Positions 18,749-26,242 of a stretch of DNA of 64,000 nt are shown piece after piece; the first letter of the stretch is position 1; each line of letters begins with the position of its first letter. Origin of the DNA: Candidatus Saccharibacteria bacterium RIFCSPHIGHO2_12_FULL_41_12 (lineage in GTDB: Bacteria; Patescibacteriota; Saccharimonadia; Saccharimonadales; 2-12-FULL-41-12); the NCBI GenBank assembly GCA_001790445.1, contig MGCQ01000009.1, forward strand, positions 150,500-214,499, given 5' to 3'. The position numbers were made by a program, and so were the translations under genes. The notes beneath the pieces are model-generated. The model saw nothing but the letters and a program-made list of their open reading frames with translations. It did not search any database and was not told the DNA's origin.

Positions 18749-19924
18749 ATGTCAGCAGAATTAGGAACAAGAGTAATGGACGCAGTACGCAATCCTAGAG
18801 CAACAGTAGCACTAGTTGGTGTGATGTCAGCAATGGCTTTATCTGGTTGTTTAGGTATTGGTGAAAAAGACGAGTCAGCTAAAGTTAAACAGGATGCTCA
18901 ATGCGGAAAGGTTGATGGCTTCACAGGTATGGACATGGACGATTTCGGTCTTAACGAAGAGCGAGTTCTTCCAAAAACAGAAGAAGATACCCAAGGTGAA
19001 TTTATAACAGAAGTTTCATCTCTAGCTGTGATCATGGACAATGATGACGAAAATAAGGATGTGTATGCTTCATCATTGGCTGCTCTATATTCTGTCATAC
19101 ATTCAAGCCCTAAAGACAAAGATGGCTTTGTAGACCCTAACGGCAAAGATCTAAATGTTTCTTATCAAGAAGCTCTAGATACTATGTTCCCAGGTGATGA
19201 ATTTGATAAAGAAGCTACAGTAAAACTTTGTCAGGGTGTATCTGACTATCTTGTTGAGAACACCGACGAAGCTGGAGCTAAGGATATTAATCTTCTTGTA
19301 GGAGAACTAAAGTTTGACCCTGAAGGTGACGACCCTGAAGCTCTAAGGATTAAAAAACTTGTCAAAGCTGAAGTAGATCTAAATAATGTACTTGTTGTTA
19401 AAGATTCTAATGGGAATAAAGTGCTTGCTTATATAACTGAAAATGACGAAGGTGAAGTTAGAGTATTTCTACCAATAGACCCAAGCAAGGGTGCAAAAAA
19501 TAATAAAGCCCACAAGGGCAAGGCTAAAGGCCAAAGACAGACTGGCGCACAAGGCGGTGGTGGTTCTGGTCGAGATGGCGGAACTGGTGGTGGCAAAGGC
19601 GGTGGCGAAGGCGATGGCTGTGGTGGAAGTGGTTGCGGTAAAGGCGACAGAGGAGGTGACAACGGCGGCGGAGATGGCTGTGATACAAATTGTGGTGGCG
19701 ATGAAAAAACCCCAGGCAAAAACCCCCCAGCACAACCTCCAGAGCAGCAACAACCTCAACCACAACCAGAGCCTACTCCAGAACCACAACCAGAGCCTCA
19801 GCCTGAACCAAACCCAAATCCAAAAGGTGATGACAATACTCCTCCAGCACCATCTATATTGTTACCACTTTTGTTAGCAAAAAGGGTTCGATACAACTCA
19901 AAAGCCTTTAAAAGGGATAATTAG
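18749..19924 (+). CDS. Lipoprotein with acidic domain and Gly-rich/Pro-rich low-complexity tail
   Basis: 391 aa. Signal peptide with lipobox MALSGC. Gly/Cys tract GGGGSGRDGGTGGGKGGGEGDGCGGSGCGKGD, then PQPEPTPEPQPEPQPEPNPNP. The C-terminus is hydrophobic then basic (ILLPLLLAKRVRYNSK). Confidence 0.6.
   Translation: MSAELGTRVMDAVRNPRATVALVGVMSAMALSGCLGIGEKDESAKVKQDAQCGKVDGFTGMDMDDFGLNEERVLPKTEEDTQGEFITEVSSLAVIMDNDDENKDVYASSLAALYSVIHSSPKDKDGFVDPNGKDLNVSYQEALDTMFPGDEFDKEATVKLCQGVSDYLVENTDEAGAKDINLLVGELKFDPEGDDPEALRIKKLVKAEVDLNNVLVVKDSNGNKVLAYITENDEGEVRVFLPIDPSKGAKNNKAHKGKAKGQRQTGAQGGGGSGRDGGTGGGKGGGEGDGCGGSGCGKGDRGGDNGGGDGCDTNCGGDEKTPGKNPPAQPPEQQQPQPQPEPTPEPQPEPQPEPNPNPKGDDNTPPAPSILLPLLLAKRVRYNSKAFKRDN
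19544..19825 (+). repeat. Low-complexity coding repeats (GGN tract, then CCA/GAG/CCT Pro-Glu-Pro-Gln repeats)
   Basis: Directly visible: ggcggtggtggttctggt...ggcggtggcgaaggcgatggc, then ccacaaccagagcct repeated. This generates the four antisense or off-frame shadow ORFs at 19429-19877. Confidence 0.7.
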
Positions 19925-19937
19925 TAATAAGGAGAAT

Positions 19938-21038
19938 ATGACTATGGAACTAAAGAACATTTTAAAAAGAACAATAGTAGCATCAATAATGCTGTTTACA
20001 GCAGTATCTATAATAGGCTCAGGCGGAACAGTATCCGCTATTCCTTACCAAGCTGGCAATAACAACGGTACTACCTACCCAGCATTTAACATCTTTACAG
20101 GGACACCTAGCGAAGGTGACGAAAGTGACTTTTTCCGAGGTAAAGAAGAGACTAACCCAGGTGCTTCAACGAACGTTGTTAACAGCGCTTGTGCAGATGG
20201 CACACGAATGACTCTACGAGTTTACGTACACAACGGTGCAAACCCAGATCAGAACCAAGGTGGTTCTGGCCCAGGTGTAGCTCACGGCACAAAGGTACGT
20301 GTACAACTTCCTGGTGGACCAACAAGTAGCTTCAACCCAGCAGCAGTAGTTAGCGCTACAAACGCGTCAACAGTTAGCGATAACATGACAATTAACTGTG
20401 GTGGACGTAATGTTAATCTAAGTTACGTTGCTGGATCTGCTAGACAGTTTAGCGTTCCTGGTGGGACACAAGGTCTTAGCGATTCTATCGTGACTACAGG
20501 TGCTCCAATAGGTACTTATTCACCTAATGGTGACATGTGGGGATGTTGGGAACAAAGAGTTTGGGTTACATTAACTGTAGTGGTACAAGCTCCTCCAGTG
20601 GTCCAACCATCTCTAGGTGAATGTCGTTCAACAGATGTTAACGCAGAGTCTAACAGACGTGTTACTGTGAACATCAACAACGTATTCGTTAGCAACGCTA
20701 CAATAGTAGGCTACAGAACTGACTACGGTGACGGAACAGTTATCAACACCCAGACTTCTAACCACACATACGCAGCTGACGGTAATTACACAATATCGTC
20801 AAGCGTACAGATACGATTCGCAGATGGACGAACAGAGTGGGTAACATCAGTTGGTTGTGCTCGAAGTGTTACCTTTGAAAACGGACAACCCCCAGTTGTG
20901 ACTCCTCCAACAACTCCAACACCTAGCGCTCCATTGGTTCTACCTAACACAGGTGCTGGTAGTGTTGTAGCGATATTCGCTGGAGTTACTGGTTTGAGCA
21001 CATTGGCTTACTCAGTAGTTGCACGAAGATTTAGCTAA
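19938..21038 (+). CDS. LPXTG cell-wall-anchored surface protein with PKD domain
   Basis: 366 aa. Signal peptide. PKD-like DYGDGTVINTQTSNHTYAADGNYTISSSV. The C-terminal sorting signal is LPNTG, a hydrophobic stretch, then RRFS. Confidence 0.8.
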   Translation: MTMELKNILKRTIVASIMLFTAVSIIGSGGTVSAIPYQAGNNNGTTYPAFNIFTGTPSEGDESDFFRGKEETNPGASTNVVNSACADGTRMTLRVYVHNGANPDQNQGGSGPGVAHGTKVRVQLPGGPTSSFNPAAVVSATNASTVSDNMTINCGGRNVNLSYVAGSARQFSVPGGTQGLSDSIVTTGAPIGTYSPNGDMWGCWEQRVWVTLTVVVQAPPVVQPSLGECRSTDVNAESNRRVTVNINNVFVSNATIVGYRTDYGDGTVINTQTSNHTYAADGNYTISSSVQIRFADGRTEWVTSVGCARSVTFENGQPPVVTPPTTPTPSAPLVLPNTGAGSVVAIFAGVTGLSTLAYSVVARRFS

Positions 21039-21121
21039 ATCACTCTGTACAAAGTAGCAAATTTTTGCTACAATAGAGTTAAGTTAAAAGGGCAAGCGTG
21101 ACTGACCGCTCAATTATTAAA

Positions 21122-21160
21122 ATATCCCTCAGCCTAATATGGTTGAGGGATATTTATATT
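21122..21160 (+). terminator. Hairpin terminator candidate
   Basis: ATATCCCTCA, 12-nt loop, TGAGGGATAT, followed by a T-rich tail. It lies 84 nt after the LPXTG gene stop. Confidence 0.55.
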
Positions 21161-21226
21161 AATTAATTTTAGAGAATAAGATTTTTTTGAACTACTTTCC
21201 GCCGACACCAAGGTGTCTGATGCGTC

Positions 21227-21644
21227 ATACTTTCTTGTGTTGACAAGAAAGTATGCAAAGAAACAACAGGCTGTTTGAAAAATACATATTGATCCAAACA
21301 AACCAAAAGCCCTGTTTCTGCGGGACTCCTTCCAGTCGGGCTAAAGCCTAGTCCTCAAAACAAGGAGCTTTTGATCTGTTCGTTTCATCTGTTTTTCAAA
21401 GGGCCTGATCAGTAGTAGTCTAAAGTCATGATTAATAATATTTCCATAGGAAATATACAAAGGAAGCCTGGGTCAGGCCATGAACCAGACCTGAGAGGTT
21501 TCGTAGAAATAACAACTATTAGCTGAGGACTGTTTGAGCAAAGCGAGTTCCGCAAGCTGTTGTTATTCTCTACAAGAAATCTCATCAAGTATGTTCATAG
21601 CCTGTTGTTTCTTTGGTTACTTTCTTGTCAACACAAGAAAGTAG
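21227..21644 (-). repeat. Intergenic structured repeat element, full-length copy A (core on minus strand)
   Basis: Bounded by hairpins ATACTTTCTTGTgttgACAAGAAAGTAT (left) and TTACTTTCTTGTcaacACAAGAAAGTAG (right). The ends are inverted (GCAAAGAAACAACAGGCTG / CAGCCTGTTGTTTCTTTGG). The conserved core GGGACTCCTTCCAGTCGGGCTAAAGCCTAGTCCTC is at 21322-21356. Confidence 0.8.
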
Positions 21645-21735
21645 CTCGTGCAAGGCACTTCAGTGCCGACGAAAGGCTGTTATGTAGTGGCAACTCTTGA
21701 TTTTACAGAGGTAATACGCTATAATCTGAGTCTAT

Positions 21736-21799
21736 GGTCTCATCGTCCGAGCGGTCTAGGCGCCAGGTTTCCGTCCTGGCAACTTCGAAGAAGATCACC
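21736..21799 (+). pseudogene. tRNA-like remnant (5' two-thirds related to the adjacent tRNA-Glu, T arm missing)
   Basis: It shares TATGGTCTCATCGTC and CCAGGTTTnCnTCCTGGCAA with tRNA-Glu. The anticodon loop is TTTCCGT (TCC). The D stem does not pair, the T arm collapses to CTTCGAAG, and it ends GAAGATCACC. It is about 64 nt and cannot fold into a normal cloverleaf. Confidence 0.3.
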
Positions 21800-21825
21800 T
21801 TTAACAATTCAGCAAGTACACATAT

Positions 21826-21900
21826 GGTCTCATCGTCTAACGGTTAGGACACCAGGTTTTCATCCTGGCAATAGGGGTTCGATTCCCCTTGAGATCACCA
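21826..21900 (+). tRNA. tRNA-Glu (anticodon UUC), CCA encoded
   Basis: Hand-folded cloverleaf of 75 nt. Acceptor GGTCTCA/TGAGATC (one G-U), D stem GTCT/GGAC, anticodon stem CCAGG/CCTGG with loop TTTTCAT, 4-nt variable region, T arm AGGGG-TTCGATT-CCCCT, discriminator A plus CCA. Confidence 0.9.
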
Positions 21901-21909
21901 AACCAAGTG

Positions 21910-21931
21910 CCCCACGTATAGTGGGGTTTTT
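21910..21931 (+). terminator. Rho-independent terminator
   Basis: CCCCAC-gtata-GTGGGG followed by TTTTT. Confidence 0.8.
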
Positions 21932-22143
21932 GGTTTGGTGATGTTAATGCGAATCCTGAACAGGTTCGTTAATTGTCATAATCTATGATTTGACGATTTG
22001 GAGCCAATGTCAGAATAAGAAGCAAAGCGGATTATTATTACATTGAAGCGTCTTCCTCCTTGAGATCACCACAATTATTTTGAACTAGAAAATTACAGTA
22101 CCTAGAGCCAGATATATTAGACTCCCAGAATTGGAAGTCTAAC

Positions 22144-23277
22144 TTGACTAGAATACCAAATATTGTTAAAATTGGTAATGTGAATAACAATAACATCTTA
22201 ACTTTAGATTTCCCTCCAAATCTCGATAAGATATGGACAAAGGATTTTGCATTACAATTGGCTGCAACAGAAGGCTCTATTAGTGCATTGAACCAAGCCG
22301 TATCACTATTGCATAATCCAAATCTACTTATGCGACCTTTGCTAACAAAAGAAGCAGAATCCAGCTCTAGATTAGAAGGCACACAAGCATCAATGGATGA
22401 CGTTTTTAAGTCAGCAATGCGACCAGACTCTGAGCAGAGTGATGATGTTCGTGAAATTATCAATTATCAAAACGCATTGTTGCGTGGTGAGCATATCATA
22501 AAGACAAGACCACTAAATCAGGTGGTTATTAGACAAATTCACTCAGTTCTTATGAGTAACGTTAGAGGTGGTTCAGCCAATCCAGGTAGCTTTAGAACTG
22601 AAAATGTTTGGATTGGTGTACTTGGAACAGGAATGGGAGAAGCGAGATATGTGCCACCTGATGCTGTGCATATTCCTGAACTAATGAAAAATGTCGAAGA
22701 GTTTATGTCTAATTCACAAATGCACCCCCTAATAGCTTGTGGATTATTGCACCATAGATTTGAAGCAATTCACCCTTTTAAAGATGGTAATGGTAGAACA
22801 GGCAGGTTACTAATAACTTTATTCCTTCTTAAAACTCAAAAGTTATCTAAGCCAATGCTGTATCCAAGCGGATTTTTTGAAAAAAATAAAGATATTTATG
22901 TAAAAGCTCTTAATGCTGTTGATGTGAATCAGGATTGGTATAGTTGGTTGCTATTCTTCCTTAAAGCAATAGAAAAACAGGCAACAATATCATTGGGCGT
23001 GGCGAGTGAGATTGACAAATTATTCAAAGATTACAAGAGATTGATACAAGAGACCGCAGCTCACATGGCTTTAGGCAACGTTCTAGAATTTTGTTTTAAG
23101 CAGCCGTATGTTACGGTTGGACTTATATCAAGTGCTCTAGGTATGCCAGCTAATACTGTCCGAAGGTATATAACAACCCTTGAAAGCAAAGGCATATTAG
23201 ACCAACCTTATACAATCGCACGCGGCGAAAAAGTTTATACTAACAAAGCTCTTTTAGAGATCTTAAGAAAAATATAG
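22144..23277 (+). CDS. Fic family protein (AMPylase-type) with C-terminal winged-helix
   Basis: 377 aa. The Fic motif HPFKDGNGRTGRLL is present, and the N-terminal (S/T)xxxE(G/N) inhibitory-helix-like SSRLEGTQAS is upstream. TTG start as listed. Confidence 0.85.
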   Translation: MTRIPNIVKIGNVNNNNILTLDFPPNLDKIWTKDFALQLAATEGSISALNQAVSLLHNPNLLMRPLLTKEAESSSRLEGTQASMDDVFKSAMRPDSEQSDDVREIINYQNALLRGEHIIKTRPLNQVVIRQIHSVLMSNVRGGSANPGSFRTENVWIGVLGTGMGEARYVPPDAVHIPELMKNVEEFMSNSQMHPLIACGLLHHRFEAIHPFKDGNGRTGRLLITLFLLKTQKLSKPMLYPSGFFEKNKDIYVKALNAVDVNQDWYSWLLFFLKAIEKQATISLGVASEIDKLFKDYKRLIQETAAHMALGNVLEFCFKQPYVTVGLISSALGMPANTVRRYITTLESKGILDQPYTIARGEKVYTNKALLEILRKI

Positions 23278-23323
23278 AATCATTTGTTATTACATTAACC
23301 TTTAAATCATAAGCGTTAATCGC

Positions 23324-23329
23324 TATAAT
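23324..23329 (+). promoter_or_regulatory. -10 box TATAAT, 6 nt before pyk ATG 23336
   Basis: cgcTATAATataactATG. Confidence 0.5.
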
Positions 23330-23335
23330 ATAACT

Positions 23336-24778
23336 ATGGTTACAAAGAGTGGGCTTCCTACTGTTAAGTTAGAAGATTTCAAAAGAACAAAAATAATCGC
23401 GACTATTGGTCCGTCTACGGATTCGCTAGAAGCTATCGAAAAACTGATCAAAAACGGGGCAAATGGCATTCGGCTGAACTTTAGTCATGGTACGCATGAG
23501 GAAAAGGCTAGACACATAAAATGGATTCGCCAAATATCAAAAACTACCGGCAAGCCAATAGCGATAATTCAAGATTTGCAAGGTCCAAAGATCCGCTTGG
23601 GAGATTTCGAAGAAGTTATTTCTATTAGCAAGGGCGAAATATTTAGTTTGAAATACAACGCAGATTATAAAAAAACTGGCTATATTCCAACTCAATACGA
23701 ACTGAGCAAAAAAACCGAGCGTGGTCAAAGGCTACTTTTCAATGATGGCAGACTTATCGCAACGATCAAAACAATCAAAACAATCAAAGATGGTGCCCTT
23801 TATCTGCGTGCTGAAAGCGCAGGGACTTTGGTCAAAAGAAAGGGCATTAGCCTACCAGATACAGACTTTAAAGGAGATGTAATCACCGCTAAAGACCGCG
23901 AGGACATGGCTTTTGGCTCGACAAGAGATATTGATTATGTGGCGATGAGTTTTGTTCAGAGTGCGGACGATATAGAAAATCTTAGAAGAATGCTGACCAA
24001 TCTAGGCTCAAATGCAAGGATAATTGCCAAGATAGAGACAAAATCGGCAGTTGATAATCTTGAGTCCATCGTTGCCCAGGCAGATGCGGTGATGGTAGCC
24101 AGAGGAGATTTGGCAACAGAAATATCGGCAGAGTCTGTGCCTGTGATCCAAAGAAGAATAATCCATGTTGGTAAGAAATTTGCTAAACCGACCATTGTGG
24201 CAACCCAGATGTTGGCTAGTATGACCGAGCAACCAGAACCAACACGGGCAGAAGTATCAGATATTGCCACAGCGGTTATATTGGGTGCTGACGCTGTCAT
24301 GCTCAGTGATGAAACGGCAGTTGGCAAATATCCTGACAAAGCGGTCAAAGTTATGAAAGACGTGATTACTTATACTCAAACCAACGAAGACGTTTTGTAC
24401 CAAAAACTAAAATTCGAAAATCCATCAATTCAGCAAGCAATATGTAAATCCATTATTAGAATAGCTGGCGATGTGTCGGCAAGGGCAATTGTAGCAGAGA
24501 CAAAATCCGGCGCTACAGCCTTACAAATAGCGGCTTTTAGGTCCGATGTGCCACAGATTGCAGTAACTTCTTCCCCCAGAGTAGCCCAGCAATTGGCTAT
24601 TGTGTTTGGTGTTCAGAGTTATATCATGCCTGATTCATCTGTTGTGGCAACAAAATTATCCAATTGGTTGCAACGTAACAAAATTATGAATAAGGGTGAC
24701 GTGATTGTGACAGCCTTGGGCAGGCAACCTGGGGTTGTTGGCACGACAGATACGATCAAAATAAGGATGTTGGACTAA
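23336..24778 (+). CDS. pyk: Pyruvate kinase
   Basis: 480 aa. Motifs: KIIATIGP, NGIRLNFSHG, MVARGDLA, IVATQMLASM, VMLSDETA. Confidence 0.9.
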   Translation: MVTKSGLPTVKLEDFKRTKIIATIGPSTDSLEAIEKLIKNGANGIRLNFSHGTHEEKARHIKWIRQISKTTGKPIAIIQDLQGPKIRLGDFEEVISISKGEIFSLKYNADYKKTGYIPTQYELSKKTERGQRLLFNDGRLIATIKTIKTIKDGALYLRAESAGTLVKRKGISLPDTDFKGDVITAKDREDMAFGSTRDIDYVAMSFVQSADDIENLRRMLTNLGSNARIIAKIETKSAVDNLESIVAQADAVMVARGDLATEISAESVPVIQRRIIHVGKKFAKPTIVATQMLASMTEQPEPTRAEVSDIATAVILGADAVMLSDETAVGKYPDKAVKVMKDVITYTQTNEDVLYQKLKFENPSIQQAICKSIIRIAGDVSARAIVAETKSGATALQIAAFRSDVPQIAVTSSPRVAQQLAIVFGVQSYIMPDSSVVATKLSNWLQRNKIMNKGDVIVTALGRQPGVVGTTDTIKIRMLD

Positions 24779-26071
24779 ATGGCAGAGAACTTCAACAAAA
24801 AAACTATTCGAGACGTTGATCTAAAAGACAAGCTGGTATTTCTCAGAGCAGATTATAATGTACCGATAGAAAACGGGCATATTACAAGCGATTTGAGGAT
24901 CAAGCAGTCACTGCCGACAATCAATTATCTCATTGAAAACGGAGCTCGGGTCGTGATTTGTTCTCATTTGGGGCGACCAAAAGGCCCAGAAAAAGCTTTG
25001 AGTCTGCGACCTGTCGCCGAAAGACTTGGTCAGCTTTTGGACCAAAAAGTTACTTTTTGCGAATCAACGATAGGCGACGAAGCTAATCGGCTAAAAAAGG
25101 AACTTAAAAGTGGTGAGATTTTGCTCCTTGAGAATGTGAGATTTTATCCCGAAGAAAAAAGTAATGACAATAAGTTTGCCAAAAGCTTGGCTGAAGGAAT
25201 TGATATTTTTGTCCAAGACGGGTTTGGCGTTGTGCATCGTGCCCATGCAAGCACAGAGGCTGTACCAAATCTCATTGAACACAAGGTAGCCGGCTTTTTG
25301 CTGGAAACCGAAGTGACCAAAATATTAGACGTTATGCAGGATCCAAAAAGACCGTTGGTTGCTTTGATTGGCGGGGCAAAAATTAGCGACAAGATTGAAC
25401 TTATTGACAAATTTATAGAGATTGCAGACGCGGTGCTTATCGGTGGGGCAATGGCTAATACGTTTTTGAAAGCTCAGGGTCGAGAAATTGGCGACAGTCT
25501 ATTTGAGCCGGATATGATAGCAGAGGTAAAGAAAATTATGGACAAAGCCCAGGACCGTGTAGAATCTGACAAATTTGTGTTTTATTTGCCTCAGGACGGC
25601 GTTGCTTCCCAAAAAATGGACACTTATACAACGACTAGAATTGTTGATTGGTCAGCGCACTCAGTGGCAAGTATAGATAGCTACCCTAAAAATCCAGCCA
25701 GAATAACAAATATGGTTAGAGACAATGAATCTATCTATGATATTGGGCCGTTTTCTGGCTCATTTATGGCGGGGGTAATTCAGATGGCGGAGACGGTGGT
25801 TTGGAACGGCGCCATGGGTGTGACAGAGGTAAATGCACTTCATTCGCCTATAGGTCCATTTGCGCATGGGACTGATTTGGTGGTTCAAGCAATGACAGGA
25901 GAATATGGCAAAAAACCAACAGTGATAGTCGGCGGCGGCGACACCACAGGATATGTCGAAAACAGAGGTATAATTGAACTTTTTGATCACGTTTCTACTG
26001 GCGGTGGCGCTTGTTTGGATCTAATGGTCGGTAAAAAATTGCCAGGTATTGAGGCTCTTGACAAAGCTTAA
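24779..26071 (+). CDS. pgk: Phosphoglycerate kinase
   Basis: 430 aa. Motifs: VFLRADYNVP, SHLGRPKG, GGAKISDKI, VSTGGGA. The start abuts the pyk stop. Confidence 0.95.
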   Translation: MAENFNKKTIRDVDLKDKLVFLRADYNVPIENGHITSDLRIKQSLPTINYLIENGARVVICSHLGRPKGPEKALSLRPVAERLGQLLDQKVTFCESTIGDEANRLKKELKSGEILLLENVRFYPEEKSNDNKFAKSLAEGIDIFVQDGFGVVHRAHASTEAVPNLIEHKVAGFLLETEVTKILDVMQDPKRPLVALIGGAKISDKIELIDKFIEIADAVLIGGAMANTFLKAQGREIGDSLFEPDMIAEVKKIMDKAQDRVESDKFVFYLPQDGVASQKMDTYTTTRIVDWSAHSVASIDSYPKNPARITNMVRDNESIYDIGPFSGSFMAGVIQMAETVVWNGAMGVTEVNALHSPIGPFAHGTDLVVQAMTGEYGKKPTVIVGGGDTTGYVENRGIIELFDHVSTGGGACLDLMVGKKLPGIEALDKA

Positions 26072-26178
26072 GGAGGGAAAACCCAAAAAGGTTTTTCGCC
26101 TCCTTAGACTACGCTATCGCTTCGTGATCCTCCCTTTCCTTTGTCTAATACTTTATTGAGCAAGTAAATAAAGTATTA
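26070..26178 (+). terminator. Post-stop hairpin motif (SD-like AAGGAGGG ... CCTCCCTT) plus AT-rich hairpin; family-2 repeat, copy 1
   Basis: GGAGGGAAAACCC (26072-26084) and GATCCTCCCTTTCC (26126-26139) recur at 58901-58913 and 58926-58939. Also AAGGAGGGAAAACC/GGTTTTCGCCTCCTT and TAATACTTTATT-n8-AAATAAAGTATTA hairpins. Confidence 0.35.
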
Positions 26179-26242
26179 GTATAAAAAATTATGTGAATAA
26201 GGCCAAGAAGTGTTATTCTGTGATAAAATAAGCTTTAGAGTT

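Noticed and set aside
19429-19877. Four overlapping ORFs on both strands in the Gly/Pro repeat region.
   Set aside because: They are artefacts of low-complexity GGN/CCN repeats. Only the +1 frame is continuous with the lipoprotein signal peptide and upstream domain.
21648-21941. 97-aa plus-strand ORF.
   Set aside because: It spans the end of repeat element A, the tRNA-like remnant, tRNA-Glu and its terminator, so it is not coding.
22038-22463. 141-aa minus-strand ORF.
   Set aside because: It is antisense to the 5' end of the Fic gene, which has a clear family motif. It has no SD or promoter and an odd composition.
23765-23788. 9-nt tandem repeat (ATCAAAACA x 2.6) inside pyk, encoding TIKTIKTIK.
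   Set aside because: It is in-frame and short, and lies in a surface loop region of pyruvate kinase. It is probably neutral slippage and has no regulatory context.
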